A DNA stretch of 64,000 nucleotides from Candidatus Latescibacterota bacterium (GTDB lineage: Bacteria; Latescibacterota; UBA2968; GCA-2709665), in contig OZ241917.1 in assembly GCA_965203805.1 (NCBI GenBank), positions 2,624,001-2,688,000 of the forward strand, given 5' to 3'. Each line of letters starts with the position of its first letter. Position 1 is the first letter of the stretch. The translations under genes were made by a program, and so were the position numbers. The notes below the pieces were generated by a model. It searched no databases and was not told the origin of the DNA. It was given only the letters and a program-made list of their open reading frames with translations. This document shows, in pieces, positions 45,383-55,676 of this stretch.

Positions 45383-47749
45383 ATGAACCGGACGAACGCA
45401 ACAACCGGGTACCGGATGCCGCCGGAAGAAATCGCTGCGCTGCTGGACGCGCCGCGCACGCCGGACGTCAGCGTCGACCCCAACGGGCGTTGGATCCTGA
45501 TGCTCGCGAAACCGGGCCTGCCGCCCATCTCCGATTTGGCGCGGCCGGAGTTGCGGCTGGCGGGCCTGCGTATCGACCCGGAGGCCAACGGTCCGAGCCG
45601 CTCGGGGTATTATACGGGAATGGTGCTGTTACGGATTTCGGACGGCATGGAACGCCCGGTGAAGGGTTTGCCGAAAGACGTCCGCATCGGGCGCTCGCGA
45701 TGGGCGCCGGACGGAAGTCGTGTTGCGTTTACGGTGCGAGACAGTGCGGGGATCCGGCTGTGGTGGGTCGAAGTGGCGTCGGGCGCGGCGAGGCAGGTGT
45801 CCAATATCCGCTTGAACGGCGTTTTGGGCGCGCCGTTCGCCTGGATCCCGTCCGGGCGGGGACGCGGACTTTCCCTGGTCGTCCGGGCTGTTCCGGAAGA
45901 CCGGGGTAAAATTCCCGAAGCGCCGATGTTACCCTCAGGTCCCGAGATCCGGGAGAACTCCGGGCAGTCGGCGCCGTCGCGGACCTGGCAGGACCTGTTG
46001 GAAGGGGCGCACGACGAGGCGCTCTTCGAATACTATGCGACATCCCGGATTGTGGTGCTGACCACGGACGGAAACGAACGGGAGGTCGGACCGCCGGGAA
46101 TCATTCGCCGGGCCGAGCCGGCGCCGGGTGGCGCCTATCTGTTGGTGGAGACCCTCCACCGGCCGTTTTCATACCTGGTACCGCACCATCGATTTCCTGT
46201 GCGTGTTGAAGTGTGGAGCCTGGACGGGCGGATAATTCGCGAACTGGTCGACGCGCCCCTGGCGGAAAACGTGCCCATCGCGTTCGACGCCGTGCGCGAG
46301 GGCCCTCGCGCGTTCCGGTGGCGCAACGACGTCGAGGCGACGGTGTGCTGGGTGGAGGCGCAGGATGGCGGCGATCCGTCCGTTGCGGCAAACGTACGGG
46401 ACCGCGTATACGCGCTTTCCGAGCCTTTCGATCGCGCACCGGAAATGTTGCGGTCTCTCGAGTTCCGGTTCGCCGGGTTGACGTGGGGAGACGGCGCGAC
46501 TGCGCTCGTAGCCGAGCGCTGGTGGAAGACCCGCCGGACCAGGACCTGGCGGTTTTCCCCGGACGATGAATCCAACGGCCGCGAGCTGCTCTTCGACCGG
46601 TCGTGGGAAGACCGTTACGGTGATCCGGGTACGCCGCTGTTGACGTCAAATTCCGCGGGGCGGCGGGTGTTGTTGACGGGCGCCGGCGGCCGGCATCTCT
46701 TCCTGGCCGGCGGCGGGGCATCTCCGGAGGGTGAGTTCCCGTTCCTGGACCGGCTCGACCTGCAAACGAACTCGACGAAGCGGTTGTGGCAATGCCAATC
46801 CCCGTACTATGAGCAGCCTGTCAGATTGATCGATGAGCCCGACGGTCTTTTGTTGACGCTGCGTGAGTCGGCCGAAAGGCCGCCGAACGTGTTCTTGCGA
46901 TCGTTGAAGACACAAGACATCCGGCAGATAACGGCGTTTCCACACCCCGCGCCGCAGCTGTCGGACGTGCGGAAGGAAATCATCCAATACCGTCGGGCGG
47001 ACGGGACCGGCCTGAACGGCACCCTTTATCTGCCGCCCGGGTATTCCTGCGGGCAGGGTCCGCTGCCCCTGCTGATCTGGGCCTATCCGCGCGAATTCAA
47101 GAGTGCCGATGCGGCCGCGCAGGTGAAAGGCTCTCCGAACAGGTTCAACCACGTGTCCTGGACGTCGCCTCTGCCCTGGTTGACGCAGGGGTACGCGGTC
47201 CTTGACGGCCCCTCCATGCCGATTGTGGAAACAGACGGCGCGGAAGCCAACGATACGTACGTAACGCAACTCGTATCCAGCGCCCGCGCGGCGGTGGAGG
47301 AAGTCGTGCGCCGTGGTGTTGCGGACCGTAACCGCATTGCGATCGGCGGACATTCCTACGGCGGGTTTATGACGGCCAATCTCCTCGCACATTCCGATCT
47401 GTTCAAGGCGGGAATCGCCCGGAGCGGTGCATACAACCGCACGCTGACGCCGTTTGGCTTTCAGTCTGAAGAGCGTACGCTGTGGCAGGCGCCGGATGTA
47501 TATGCCGCGATGTCCGCATTCATGCATGCCGACAGGATCAAGGCGCCTCTGTTGTTGATTCATGGGCAGGCCGACAACAATTCCGGGACGTTTCCGATGC
47601 AGAGCGAACGGCTGTACAATGCGCTGAAGGGTCACGGCGCGACAACCCGCCTGGTGATGCTGCCCCACGAGAGCCACGGCTACAGCGCGCGGGAGTCGGT
47701 GATGCACGTACTCTGGGAAATGACCGAATGGCTCGCCCGCCACCTGTGA
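45383..47749 (+). CDS. S9-family (prolyl oligopeptidase-like) peptidase
   Basis: Beta-propeller N-terminus, GGHSYGG nucleophile, GIARSGAYNRTLTPFGFQ, LIHG.ADNN, LPHESHGY. Confidence 0.93.
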   Translation: MNRTNATTGYRMPPEEIAALLDAPRTPDVSVDPNGRWILMLAKPGLPPISDLARPELRLAGLRIDPEANGPSRSGYYTGMVLLRISDGMERPVKGLPKDVRIGRSRWAPDGSRVAFTVRDSAGIRLWWVEVASGAARQVSNIRLNGVLGAPFAWIPSGRGRGLSLVVRAVPEDRGKIPEAPMLPSGPEIRENSGQSAPSRTWQDLLEGAHDEALFEYYATSRIVVLTTDGNEREVGPPGIIRRAEPAPGGAYLLVETLHRPFSYLVPHHRFPVRVEVWSLDGRIIRELVDAPLAENVPIAFDAVREGPRAFRWRNDVEATVCWVEAQDGGDPSVAANVRDRVYALSEPFDRAPEMLRSLEFRFAGLTWGDGATALVAERWWKTRRTRTWRFSPDDESNGRELLFDRSWEDRYGDPGTPLLTSNSAGRRVLLTGAGGRHLFLAGGGASPEGEFPFLDRLDLQTNSTKRLWQCQSPYYEQPVRLIDEPDGLLLTLRESAERPPNVFLRSLKTQDIRQITAFPHPAPQLSDVRKEIIQYRRADGTGLNGTLYLPPGYSCGQGPLPLLIWAYPREFKSADAAAQVKGSPNRFNHVSWTSPLPWLTQGYAVLDGPSMPIVETDGAEANDTYVTQLVSSARAAVEEVVRRGVADRNRIAIGGHSYGGFMTANLLAHSDLFKAGIARSGAYNRTLTPFGFQSEERTLWQAPDVYAAMSAFMHADRIKAPLLLIHGQADNNSGTFPMQSERLYNALKGHGATTRLVMLPHESHGYSARESVMHVLWEMTEWLARHL

Positions 47750-47786
47750 GATTTCATGAAGGCGACGCGAAAGAAGGACGACATCA

Positions 47787-49202
47787 ATGGCGAAGGGAAA
47801 TCCGACAGCGAAGGGATCTTCAGGTCCGATTCAGATGCCGGTCATCGGCGGCCTCCGGTCGTTGCTGGGTGATCGTATAAGAACGGACGAGGATATCCGG
47901 GAAGCCCACGCGGGGGACGCTTCGTATCACAGGCCCCGGTTGCCGGATGCGGTGGTCTTTCCCGTCTGCAACGAGGAAGTGTCGAAGATTCTCAAGCTCT
48001 GTGCCCGGTACCGGACACCCGTCGTGCCATTCGGGACGGGGACGGCCGTGGAAGGCGGAATCGTCGCCGTTCAGGGCGGCGTATGTATCGACATGAGGCG
48101 TATGAATCGTATCGTGAGGGTTGGCAACGCGGACCTGGACGCGACGGTGGAGGCGGGGGTAACGCGAAAGCAACTCAACCGGCATCTGGCGGGGGCGGCG
48201 ACGGGACTCTACTTTCCTGTGGATCCGGGAGCAGATGCTTCGCTGGGCGGCATGACCGCGACCCGGGCGTCCGGCAGCGCGGCCGTGGGATACGGAACGA
48301 TGAGGGAAAATGTCCTGGGTCTGACGGCCGTACTTGCCGACGGGAGCATCGTCCGCGCCGGCGGACGGGCGAGGAAGTCGTCCGCCGGTTACGACCTGGC
48401 GCATTTGTTCGTCGGATCCGAGGGCACGCTGGGTGTCATTACTGAAGTGACGTTGAAACTGGCAAGGGTTCCCGAGGCGGTTTCCGCGGCGGTCTGTGCG
48501 TTTCCTGAAATTTCGTCGGCGGTAAATGCGGTTATTGAAATGATGTCGGCGGGAACTGAAATGGCGCGAATCGAGCTTCTTGACGAAGTTCAGATGGGTG
48601 CAATCAACGCGTATTCAGGCTTTGACTACAGGGTGGCGCCAACCCTGTTTTTCGAGTTTCACGGTTCCGAGTCGTTCGTTGCCGAGCGCGTGGCAGCGGC
48701 CAGGCCGGTTGCGGACAGGCACGGCGGCGAAGATTTCCGATGGGCGACCAGAACGAAAGAACGCGACCGCCTCTGGCAGGCGAGGCACGACGCCTATTAC
48801 GCGTCACAGACCATGCGGCCGGGTTCTGTGGGATATGTGACGGACGTTTGCGTTCCGGTTTCAAGACTTGCGGATTGTATTCTCAGAACCAAAGAAGAAT
48901 TGAAGGCTTCGACACTGATTGCGCCCCTGTTCGGACACGTCGGCGACGGGAACTTTCATGTCGTCTTCCTCATCGATCCTGATCGGCCCGAAGAGCTTGC
49001 CGAAGCGCGTCAATTCGGCGAACGCATCGTGGAATTCGCCCTGGAAATGGGTGGAACATGCACGGGTGAGCACGGAATTGGAATGGGCAAACTGGCGGCC
49101 CTTGAGCAGGAACATGGCAACGGGGTGCAGGTCATGCGGGCAATCAAGAAAGCGCTGGACCCGCTCAATATTATGAATCCGGGAAAGGTCGTGAAGATTT
49201 GA
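47787..49202 (+). CDS. FAD-linked oxidase, D-lactate dehydrogenase-like
   Basis: PFGTGT.VEG, FPVDPGADASLGGM, KSSAGYDL, GSEGTLG, GHVGDGNFH, GEHGIG, DP.NIMNPGK. Confidence 0.92.
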   Translation: MAKGNPTAKGSSGPIQMPVIGGLRSLLGDRIRTDEDIREAHAGDASYHRPRLPDAVVFPVCNEEVSKILKLCARYRTPVVPFGTGTAVEGGIVAVQGGVCIDMRRMNRIVRVGNADLDATVEAGVTRKQLNRHLAGAATGLYFPVDPGADASLGGMTATRASGSAAVGYGTMRENVLGLTAVLADGSIVRAGGRARKSSAGYDLAHLFVGSEGTLGVITEVTLKLARVPEAVSAAVCAFPEISSAVNAVIEMMSAGTEMARIELLDEVQMGAINAYSGFDYRVAPTLFFEFHGSESFVAERVAAARPVADRHGGEDFRWATRTKERDRLWQARHDAYYASQTMRPGSVGYVTDVCVPVSRLADCILRTKEELKASTLIAPLFGHVGDGNFHVVFLIDPDRPEELAEARQFGERIVEFALEMGGTCTGEHGIGMGKLAALEQEHGNGVQVMRAIKKALDPLNIMNPGKVVKI

Positions 49203-49233
49203 GTCTGGATATGCCAAACAAAAAACCATCGAA

Positions 49234-49314
49234 ACTGAATAAATATTCTTGACTTTCCAATTTTTTTTGGTATTATTCGAATAATACTCCGATTTAATGG
49301 AATATTAATTCATG
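49234..49314 (+). promoter_or_regulatory. arg operon promoter with ARG boxes
   Basis: ACTGAATAAATATTCTTG (49234-49251) overlaps TTGACT-N16-TATTAT. A degenerate box (49276-49293) and ATGGAATATTAATTCATG (49297-49314) are 3 bp apart. Confidence 0.75.
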
Positions 49315-49776
49315 AATGAAAAACAGGAACGGCAGCGGCGCATTCTCGACGTCATCGCTTCACGTGCAATCGGGACCCAACGGGCGCTAAGCGACGCGCT
49401 CAGAGTTGCGGGAATATCCACCACACAGTCCACGCTCTCGAAAGACTTGAAACAATTGGGCATCGTAAAATCGCCCGACAACGCCGGAGGCTTTCGCTAT
49501 CAGGCGCCCGCCGACGGGTCAACTCCGTATGGAAGCGGATCGGATCTGCTCGCGAGGGAGTTGAAGGATTTCGTCGTCGAAACGGACGGGGCGGGGCATA
49601 CGCTGGTGTTGAAGACGATTACCGGTCACGCGCAGGGCGTGTGCGAAGCCATCGACCGGGCCGGTTGGACCGAGGTCGTGGGTACGATTGCGGGAGAAAA
49701 CACGATCTTCATCCTGTGCCGGTCCGTGGAAAAGCGAGAACTGCTGAGGGAGCGGATACTTGAGATTTCTCAATGA
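49312..49776 (+). CDS. argR: Arginine repressor
   Basis: RQ..I..I...TQ..L...L...G...TQSTLSKDLKQLG and VVGTIAGENTIFI. Confidence 0.93.
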   Translation: MNEKQERQRRILDVIASRAIGTQRALSDALRVAGISTTQSTLSKDLKQLGIVKSPDNAGGFRYQAPADGSTPYGSGSDLLARELKDFVVETDGAGHTLVLKTITGHAQGVCEAIDRAGWTEVVGTIAGENTIFILCRSVEKRELLRERILEISQ

Positions 49777-49794
49777 CGTCGCCGGAGGATTCGC

Positions 49795-50739
49795 GTGTCT
49801 CTGAAAGTCGGCATTTTCGGCGATACAGGGATGGTCGGCCAGGAAATCGAACGGGTCCTGTCGCATCACGACCGTGCGGAAGTCGTCTTTCGGCAGAATT
49901 CCAGGCGCCGGCAGGGGACCGTGCACGAGTGTGACCTCGTATTCCTGGCGACAAAAGACCCGGAATCCATGCAGTTCGCGCCGCAGGCGCTGCAGGAAGG
50001 CGCAAGAGTCATCGATATGAGCGGCGCGTTCCGGTTGCCGAGGCGGCTGTTCGAAGCGGGCTACGGGCTGGAACACCGCTCGCCGGAATTGCTCGAAGAG
50101 GCGGTCTACGGGATGCCCGCGCTGTTCTCCGACCGGATCGGCGGCGCACGGCTGGTCGGCAATCCGGGCTGTTACCCAACCGGCGTCATTCTGGCTCTGA
50201 AGCCGCTGATGGGCATGGTGCAAGGGGAAGCGACGATTGTGGCGACGTCGGGAAATTCGGGGGCCCGGAGGGACGTGGAGCCGGAACCTGACGAAGTCAC
50301 CTACAGTTTCGGCCGGCGACACAGGCATGTGCCGGAGATGGAATATTACTCCGGGTTTCGCGTGAATTTCACGCCGATCGTTCTGAGGTCGGTATTCGCG
50401 GGCATCAATGCCAATATACGGATTGAACTGGTTGAAAGCCTGAAGTCGGTCTCCGCGCGTGAAACAGGCAGGCGGCTGGTCGAGGCCATCGCTTCCGCGT
50501 ATACCGAAGAAGACCTGGTCTGTCCCGTTGAGGATACCGATGACAGGCAATGGGGCACGCGCGACGTCGTAGGCACGCACCGGTTGGCAATCAAGGTGGG
50601 CGTGGACGACGGGTTTGCCTACATCTGCGCGATGGAAGACAACCTGGGCAAGGGCGCAGCCAGCCAGGCGGTGGAGAACATGAACCTGATGTGCGGTCTT
50701 CCCAGACTCTATGGAATTGACGGGGCGTACAGCACGTGA
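49795..50739 (+). CDS. argC: N-acetyl-gamma-glutamyl-phosphate reductase
   Basis: IDMSGAFRL, VYGMP, GNPGCYPT, SG.SGA, HRHVPEM, DNLGKGAASQAVENMNLM. Confidence 0.92.
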   Translation: MSLKVGIFGDTGMVGQEIERVLSHHDRAEVVFRQNSRRRQGTVHECDLVFLATKDPESMQFAPQALQEGARVIDMSGAFRLPRRLFEAGYGLEHRSPELLEEAVYGMPALFSDRIGGARLVGNPGCYPTGVILALKPLMGMVQGEATIVATSGNSGARRDVEPEPDEVTYSFGRRHRHVPEMEYYSGFRVNFTPIVLRSVFAGINANIRIELVESLKSVSARETGRRLVEAIASAYTEEDLVCPVEDTDDRQWGTRDVVGTHRLAIKVGVDDGFAYICAMEDNLGKGAASQAVENMNLMCGLPRLYGIDGAYST

Positions 50740-50786
50740 TGAGCCGCCGGTTCAAGCCGCGCCGCGCGGAATTGAAGGATTGTGCG

Positions 50787-51665
50787 ATGGAGCAATTCAT
50801 CCAGAAAGCCGCCACGCTGGTTGAGGCGTTTCCCTATATCCGGTCGTTTCGGGACAAGATCGTCGTTGTGAAATACGGGGGCAGCACCCAGCCGGACGAC
50901 GGCGGATCGGACACGATTCTGGCGGACCTGGTCTTTATGGAAACGGTTGGGATGCGACCGGTGGTCGTGCACGGCGGCGGCAAGGAGATCAGCAGACGCC
51001 TGGACGACGCGGGCCTGGAGTCGAAGTGGATCAACGGATTGCGGGTTACGGACGCGGCTTCGATGCAGGTGGTTGAAGACACCCTGTTCGGCGTGGTCAA
51101 CAGACGGATTGTCGAGGGTATCCGGTCGCTGGACGGTTGCGCATTCGGGATGTCGGCGAAGGAAGCCGGCGTGATGCACGTCAGGAAACACGATGCGCGG
51201 GCAGCCTCCGATGGAAAGCCGGTGGACATCGGATTCGTTGGCGACGTACGCCGGGTGAATCCGGAACCGGTCCGACGGGCATGCCTGGAAGAGACGATTC
51301 CGGTGATCGCACCGATCGGCCTGGGTCCCGACGGCAGGAGTTACAACGTGAACGCGGACACGGCCGCGGGAGAAATCGCGCGGACGCTGGAGGCGGAGAA
51401 GCTGGTTTTCCTGACGGACGTCAATGGCATTTTGAGAGACAGCGCCGATCCGGAATCCAGAATTTCCACGTTGCACGTCGACGACGTGGAGAGCCTCATT
51501 CAGGACGGTACGGCAAGAGGAGGGATGATTCCGAAGCTTCAGGCTTGTGTGCGTTCCGTGAGAGGGGGCGTGAAGAAAACCCATATCATCGACGGACGGG
51601 TCCCGCACGCGTTGCTGCTCGAAGTCTTTACGCGTGAGGGGATCGGTACCGAGATTGTTCAATGA
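50787..51665 (+). CDS. argB: Acetylglutamate kinase
   Basis: VVKYGG, VVHGGG, GLRVTD, NVNAD.AA, LTDVNG, GGMIPK. ATG at 50787. Confidence 0.95.
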   Translation: MEQFIQKAATLVEAFPYIRSFRDKIVVVKYGGSTQPDDGGSDTILADLVFMETVGMRPVVVHGGGKEISRRLDDAGLESKWINGLRVTDAASMQVVEDTLFGVVNRRIVEGIRSLDGCAFGMSAKEAGVMHVRKHDARAASDGKPVDIGFVGDVRRVNPEPVRRACLEETIPVIAPIGLGPDGRSYNVNADTAAGEIARTLEAEKLVFLTDVNGILRDSADPESRISTLHVDDVESLIQDGTARGGMIPKLQACVRSVRGGVKKTHIIDGRVPHALLLEVFTREGIGTEIVQ

Positions 51666-51717
51666 ACCGGCGACGCGGTCAGGGTCGCACGCAGGAAACC
51701 CAACCAACCGGGAGTGG

Positions 51718-52917
51718 ATGATGGATACGAAAGCGATCATCGATCTGGAGCAAAACTACATTCTGCAGACGTACGGGCGGCCCGACTTCGTCCTGGAGCG
51801 GGGAGACGGGGTACACCTGTTCGACACCGACGGAAATCAGTATCTGGACTTTGTGAGCGGGTTGTCCGTGAATGCGCTGGGTTACAATAACCCGATCATA
51901 GGCGATGCGATGGCGGCGCAGGCGAAGAAGCTGATCCACGTTTCGAACCTGTACCATACGATCCCAGCGCCCCGGCTGGCGAAAATGCTGTGCGAGCGTT
52001 CATTCGCGGACCGTGTGTTCTTCTGCAACAGCGGCACCGAGTCCTGGGAAGCCGCGCTGAAGTTTGCGAGAAAGTGGGGGTACAGAAATTTCGAGGATCG
52101 CGCGAAGCACAAGTTCATCGCGATGAACAACTCGTTTCACGGACGCACGATGGGGTCGGTTTCCACGACCGGCCAGCCGAAGTACCACAAGGGCTTCGGA
52201 CCCCTGTTGCCCGGAATCTCGTTCGCGGAATTCAACGATCTCGAATCGGTGGAGCGCCTCGTGGACGCGGAGACGGTGGCGGTACTCCTGGAACCCCTGC
52301 AGGCGGAGGGCGGCATTCATACGGCAGAACCGGAATTCCTCGAAGGGCTTCGGCAGTTGTGCGACGAGATGAAGATGCTGCTGGTGTTCGACGAGATCCA
52401 GTCCGGGCTCTGCCGGACCGGCGCCCTGTTCTGCTATGAGCACCACGGCGTGTCGCCCGACATCATGACGCTGGCCAAGCCCCTGGCCGGGGGCCTGCCG
52501 ATTGGCGCGACCCTGATGAGCCAGGCCGTTGCCGATGCCGTGGAGGCCAGTGACCATGCGGCCACGTTCGGGGGGCATCCGGTCAGCTGCGCCGTGGGCA
52601 TCGAGGTCTTCAAGCAGCTCTCCGATCCGGGATTCATCGCCGCCGTAAGGGCGAAGGGCGACCATCTGAATAGCCGGCTGAACGCGCTTGAGAAAAGGTA
52701 CCCCGATAAAATCAACGAGGTCCGCGGCAGGGGGCTGATCGCGGGTGCGGTGCTGGCCGACACTCCGGCCGCGGACGTGATGGGCGCATTTCGGGAAAAG
52801 GGGATCCTGGTATGTGTCGCCGGACCCGACGTGGTACGTTTTCTGCCGCCCCTGGTGATCGAACAGGCGGATATAGATCGGGTCATGGACGCGTTCGACG
52901 AAATCCTGAAGGCATAG
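51718..52917 (+). CDS. argD: Acetylornithine aminotransferase
   Basis: YLDF.SG.SVNALG, SFHGRT, EPLQAEGG, FDEIQSG.CRTG, AKPLAGG.PIGA, RFLPPL. Confidence 0.93.
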   Translation: MMDTKAIIDLEQNYILQTYGRPDFVLERGDGVHLFDTDGNQYLDFVSGLSVNALGYNNPIIGDAMAAQAKKLIHVSNLYHTIPAPRLAKMLCERSFADRVFFCNSGTESWEAALKFARKWGYRNFEDRAKHKFIAMNNSFHGRTMGSVSTTGQPKYHKGFGPLLPGISFAEFNDLESVERLVDAETVAVLLEPLQAEGGIHTAEPEFLEGLRQLCDEMKMLLVFDEIQSGLCRTGALFCYEHHGVSPDIMTLAKPLAGGLPIGATLMSQAVADAVEASDHAATFGGHPVSCAVGIEVFKQLSDPGFIAAVRAKGDHLNSRLNALEKRYPDKINEVRGRGLIAGAVLADTPAADVMGAFREKGILVCVAGPDVVRFLPPLVIEQADIDRVMDAFDEILKA

Positions 52918-52955
52918 GATTCCAGCACACTGTCGAAGGGAAAGGAGTACGCGGG

Positions 52956-54209
52956 ATGAAAGTGGCGGATATTCGGGGAAAGCGGATTGCGCTGGCGGCC
53001 TCCGGCGGGCTGGACAGTTGTACGGTCACGCGCTGGCTGGCCGACCAGGGGGTGGAGGTGGTCGGCATCACCGCAGATATCGGGCAGCCGGACGAGGACG
53101 ATATTTCGGATATCGGACAGCGAATGCTGGCCTGCGGGGCCGTGGAATCGGTCATTCTGGATCTGAAGGCGGAACTGGCCCGGGAAGCGATCACCATGCT
53201 TCTTGCCAACGCCGTTTATGAAGGCGGATACTGGAACACCACGGGACTGGCCCGCCACGTGACCGCGCAGGGGATTCTCAGCGCGATGGAGCCGCGGGCC
53301 ATCGACGTGCTCGCGCACGGAGCCACCGGCCGCGGGAACGACCAGGTGCGTTTCCAACTCGTCGCCAATATGCTCTCGCCCGCAGTGAAAGTGTACGCGC
53401 CGTGGCGCGACGACGCTTTCCTGGAGCATTTCGGCGGGCGCAGGGAGATGATCGCCTTCTGCCAGGCCCGGAACCTGCCGATTACGGCCACGCAGGACAA
53501 GCCGTATTCAACGGATGCGAATCTGTTGGGGTTGACCCATGAGGCGGGCAGACTCGAATACCTGGACGTGGGCGCAGATTTCATCGAGCCGGGAATGGGC
53601 GTTTTCCCCGCGGACGCGCCAGACCGCCCGGAGACGTTCTCCGTGACGCTGGAAGCGGGGCGTCCGGCCCTCGTGAACGGGGAGCCCGTGGATGCCGTCT
53701 CCGCGATCGCCACGGCCAACGAGGTTGGCGGGCGTCACGGCGTGGGCATCGGCATCCACACGGTCGAGAACCGCTTTGTGGGCATAAAATCCAGAGGGGT
53801 GTATGAAAGTCCGGGGCTCGCACTGCTTGGCGCGTGCTACCAGTTCCTGCTGCAGCAAGTGCTGGACCGGAGGGCGCGGCGATTCTACGATTCGCTTTCC
53901 TCGGTGCTTGCCGAGCAGATCTATCAGGGATATTATTTCGACCTGTCGTCGCAGATGATTCGCGGCGCTCTGTCGCCTGTTCGGAAGCTGGCCGAGGGTT
54001 CGGTGACCGTTACGGTCTACAAGGGTACGGTAACGTACCAATCCTCGGAAGCCGTTGTCCATTCGCTGTATTCGTCCGAACTGTCCTCGATGGAAGCGAT
54101 CGGTGACTACGACCATCGGGATTCGGAGGGATTTCTGAACGTGCTGGGTGTGAGTGCGAAGGCATTGAATGCTTCGCGCCAGGTGCATGATGGAATGTCG
54201 GAAGACTGA
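52956..54209 (+). CDS. argG: Argininosuccinate synthase
   Basis: LAASGGLDS, HGATGRGNDQVRF, YSTDANL, VENRFVGIKSRGVYESPG. Confidence 0.95.
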   Translation: MKVADIRGKRIALAASGGLDSCTVTRWLADQGVEVVGITADIGQPDEDDISDIGQRMLACGAVESVILDLKAELAREAITMLLANAVYEGGYWNTTGLARHVTAQGILSAMEPRAIDVLAHGATGRGNDQVRFQLVANMLSPAVKVYAPWRDDAFLEHFGGRREMIAFCQARNLPITATQDKPYSTDANLLGLTHEAGRLEYLDVGADFIEPGMGVFPADAPDRPETFSVTLEAGRPALVNGEPVDAVSAIATANEVGGRHGVGIGIHTVENRFVGIKSRGVYESPGLALLGACYQFLLQQVLDRRARRFYDSLSSVLAEQIYQGYYFDLSSQMIRGALSPVRKLAEGSVTVTVYKGTVTYQSSEAVVHSLYSSELSSMEAIGDYDHRDSEGFLNVLGVSAKALNASRQVHDGMSED

Positions 54210-54269
54210 GAAACCCACAGTCCGAGTCCTTGGTTCATTTTGGGACCATGGCTGTATTTGGAGAATTCG

Positions 54270-55676
54270 ATGGACGGATCCGCAGAAAAACCCTGGTCGG
54301 GGCGGTTTGACAGGCCCTCGGATAGCTGCATGGAGCAATTCAATGCGTCCATCGGGTTCGACCGGCGGCTATACAGGGCGGACATCGCCGGAAGCCGGGC
54401 ACAGGCGAAAGCGCTCGCGAAGATCGGCGTCCTGAAAGCGCAAGAATTGGACTGCATCCTGAAGGCATTGGAGCAGGTGGAAGCAGAGATTGCCGAAGGC
54501 CGCCTTGCACTGACGGCCCGCCTGGAAGACATACACATGGCGGTGGAAACGCGGCTGATCGAGATCGCGGGCGACGTGGGCGGCAAGATTCATACGGGGC
54601 GCAGCCGGAACGATCAGGTGGCGCTGGATGAGCGGTTGTATCTGCGGGAGGCGGCAGCGGATACCATTGCCGGTATCGACCGGTTACAGGCCGTTCTGGT
54701 GGAATTCGCCGCCCGGCACATCGACGTACTGATGCCGGGATATACCCATCTGCAGCAGGCGCAGCCCGTGCGTCTGTCGCACTATACCCTGGCGTTGTTC
54801 TGGATGCTGGAAAGGGACCGGGGACGATTCGCGGCCTGCACAGATCGGGCGGATGCCATGCCGCTCGGAGCGGGCGCTCTTGCTGGAAGCGCCTTTCCGA
54901 TCGACCGCGAATTTCTCGCATCGGAACTGGGATTCTCGCGGATAACCGAAAACAGTATCGACGTGGTGAGCGACCGCGATTATCTCCTGGAGTATATGTC
55001 CGCCGCCGCAATCCTCATGGGACACCTGAGCCGGTTCTGCGAGGACCTGATCGTGTGGTCATCGTCCGAGTTCGGGTTTGTCGAACTCGACGACGCGTAC
55101 AGCACCGGTTCGAGCATGATGCCGCAGAAGAAGAACCCGGATTCTCTGGAGCTGGTCCGCGGAAAGACCGGACGGGTGTACGGCAATCTGATGTCGTTAT
55201 TGACGGTGATGAAGGGACTGCCCCTGACCTATTCGAAAGATCTTCAGGAGGATAAGGAGGCCTTTTTCGATACGGTCGATACGATCAATCAGGCACTGGC
55301 GGTATTTGCAGGCGCGTGGGAGACGATGACCGTCATGTCCGGGCGAATGCGCGAAACGCTCGACGGCACCGTCGTGGCGACGGATCTGGCGGATTACCTG
55401 GTGCGGAAGGGGCTGCCCTTTCGCGAAACTCACCGGATCGTGGGCAGGCTGGTGCGGAAGGCACTGTCGCAGGGAAGCCGCCTGGACGAACTGGACATGC
55501 CGACGCTCCGATCGGCGTGCGATCTGTTCGAGCCGGATGTTAAGGAGTCCCTCCGTATCGAGGATGGAATCGACCGCCGGGACCTTGCAGGTGGAACCGG
55601 TTACCGGGCCGTTCTCGCGCAGATCCGAGAGGGAAGGCGGATACTTGACCTCAGACGCCGGGGAGCGGACGGGTGA
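54270..55676 (+). CDS. argH: Argininosuccinate lyase
   Basis: WSGRF, EDIH, HTGRSRNDQV, MPGYTHLQ.AQP, STGSSMMPQKKNPD, YSKDLQEDKE. Confidence 0.96.
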   Translation: MDGSAEKPWSGRFDRPSDSCMEQFNASIGFDRRLYRADIAGSRAQAKALAKIGVLKAQELDCILKALEQVEAEIAEGRLALTARLEDIHMAVETRLIEIAGDVGGKIHTGRSRNDQVALDERLYLREAAADTIAGIDRLQAVLVEFAARHIDVLMPGYTHLQQAQPVRLSHYTLALFWMLERDRGRFAACTDRADAMPLGAGALAGSAFPIDREFLASELGFSRITENSIDVVSDRDYLLEYMSAAAILMGHLSRFCEDLIVWSSSEFGFVELDDAYSTGSSMMPQKKNPDSLELVRGKTGRVYGNLMSLLTVMKGLPLTYSKDLQEDKEAFFDTVDTINQALAVFAGAWETMTVMSGRMRETLDGTVVATDLADYLVRKGLPFRETHRIVGRLVRKALSQGSRLDELDMPTLRSACDLFEPDVKESLRIEDGIDRRDLAGGTGYRAVLAQIREGRRILDLRRRGADG

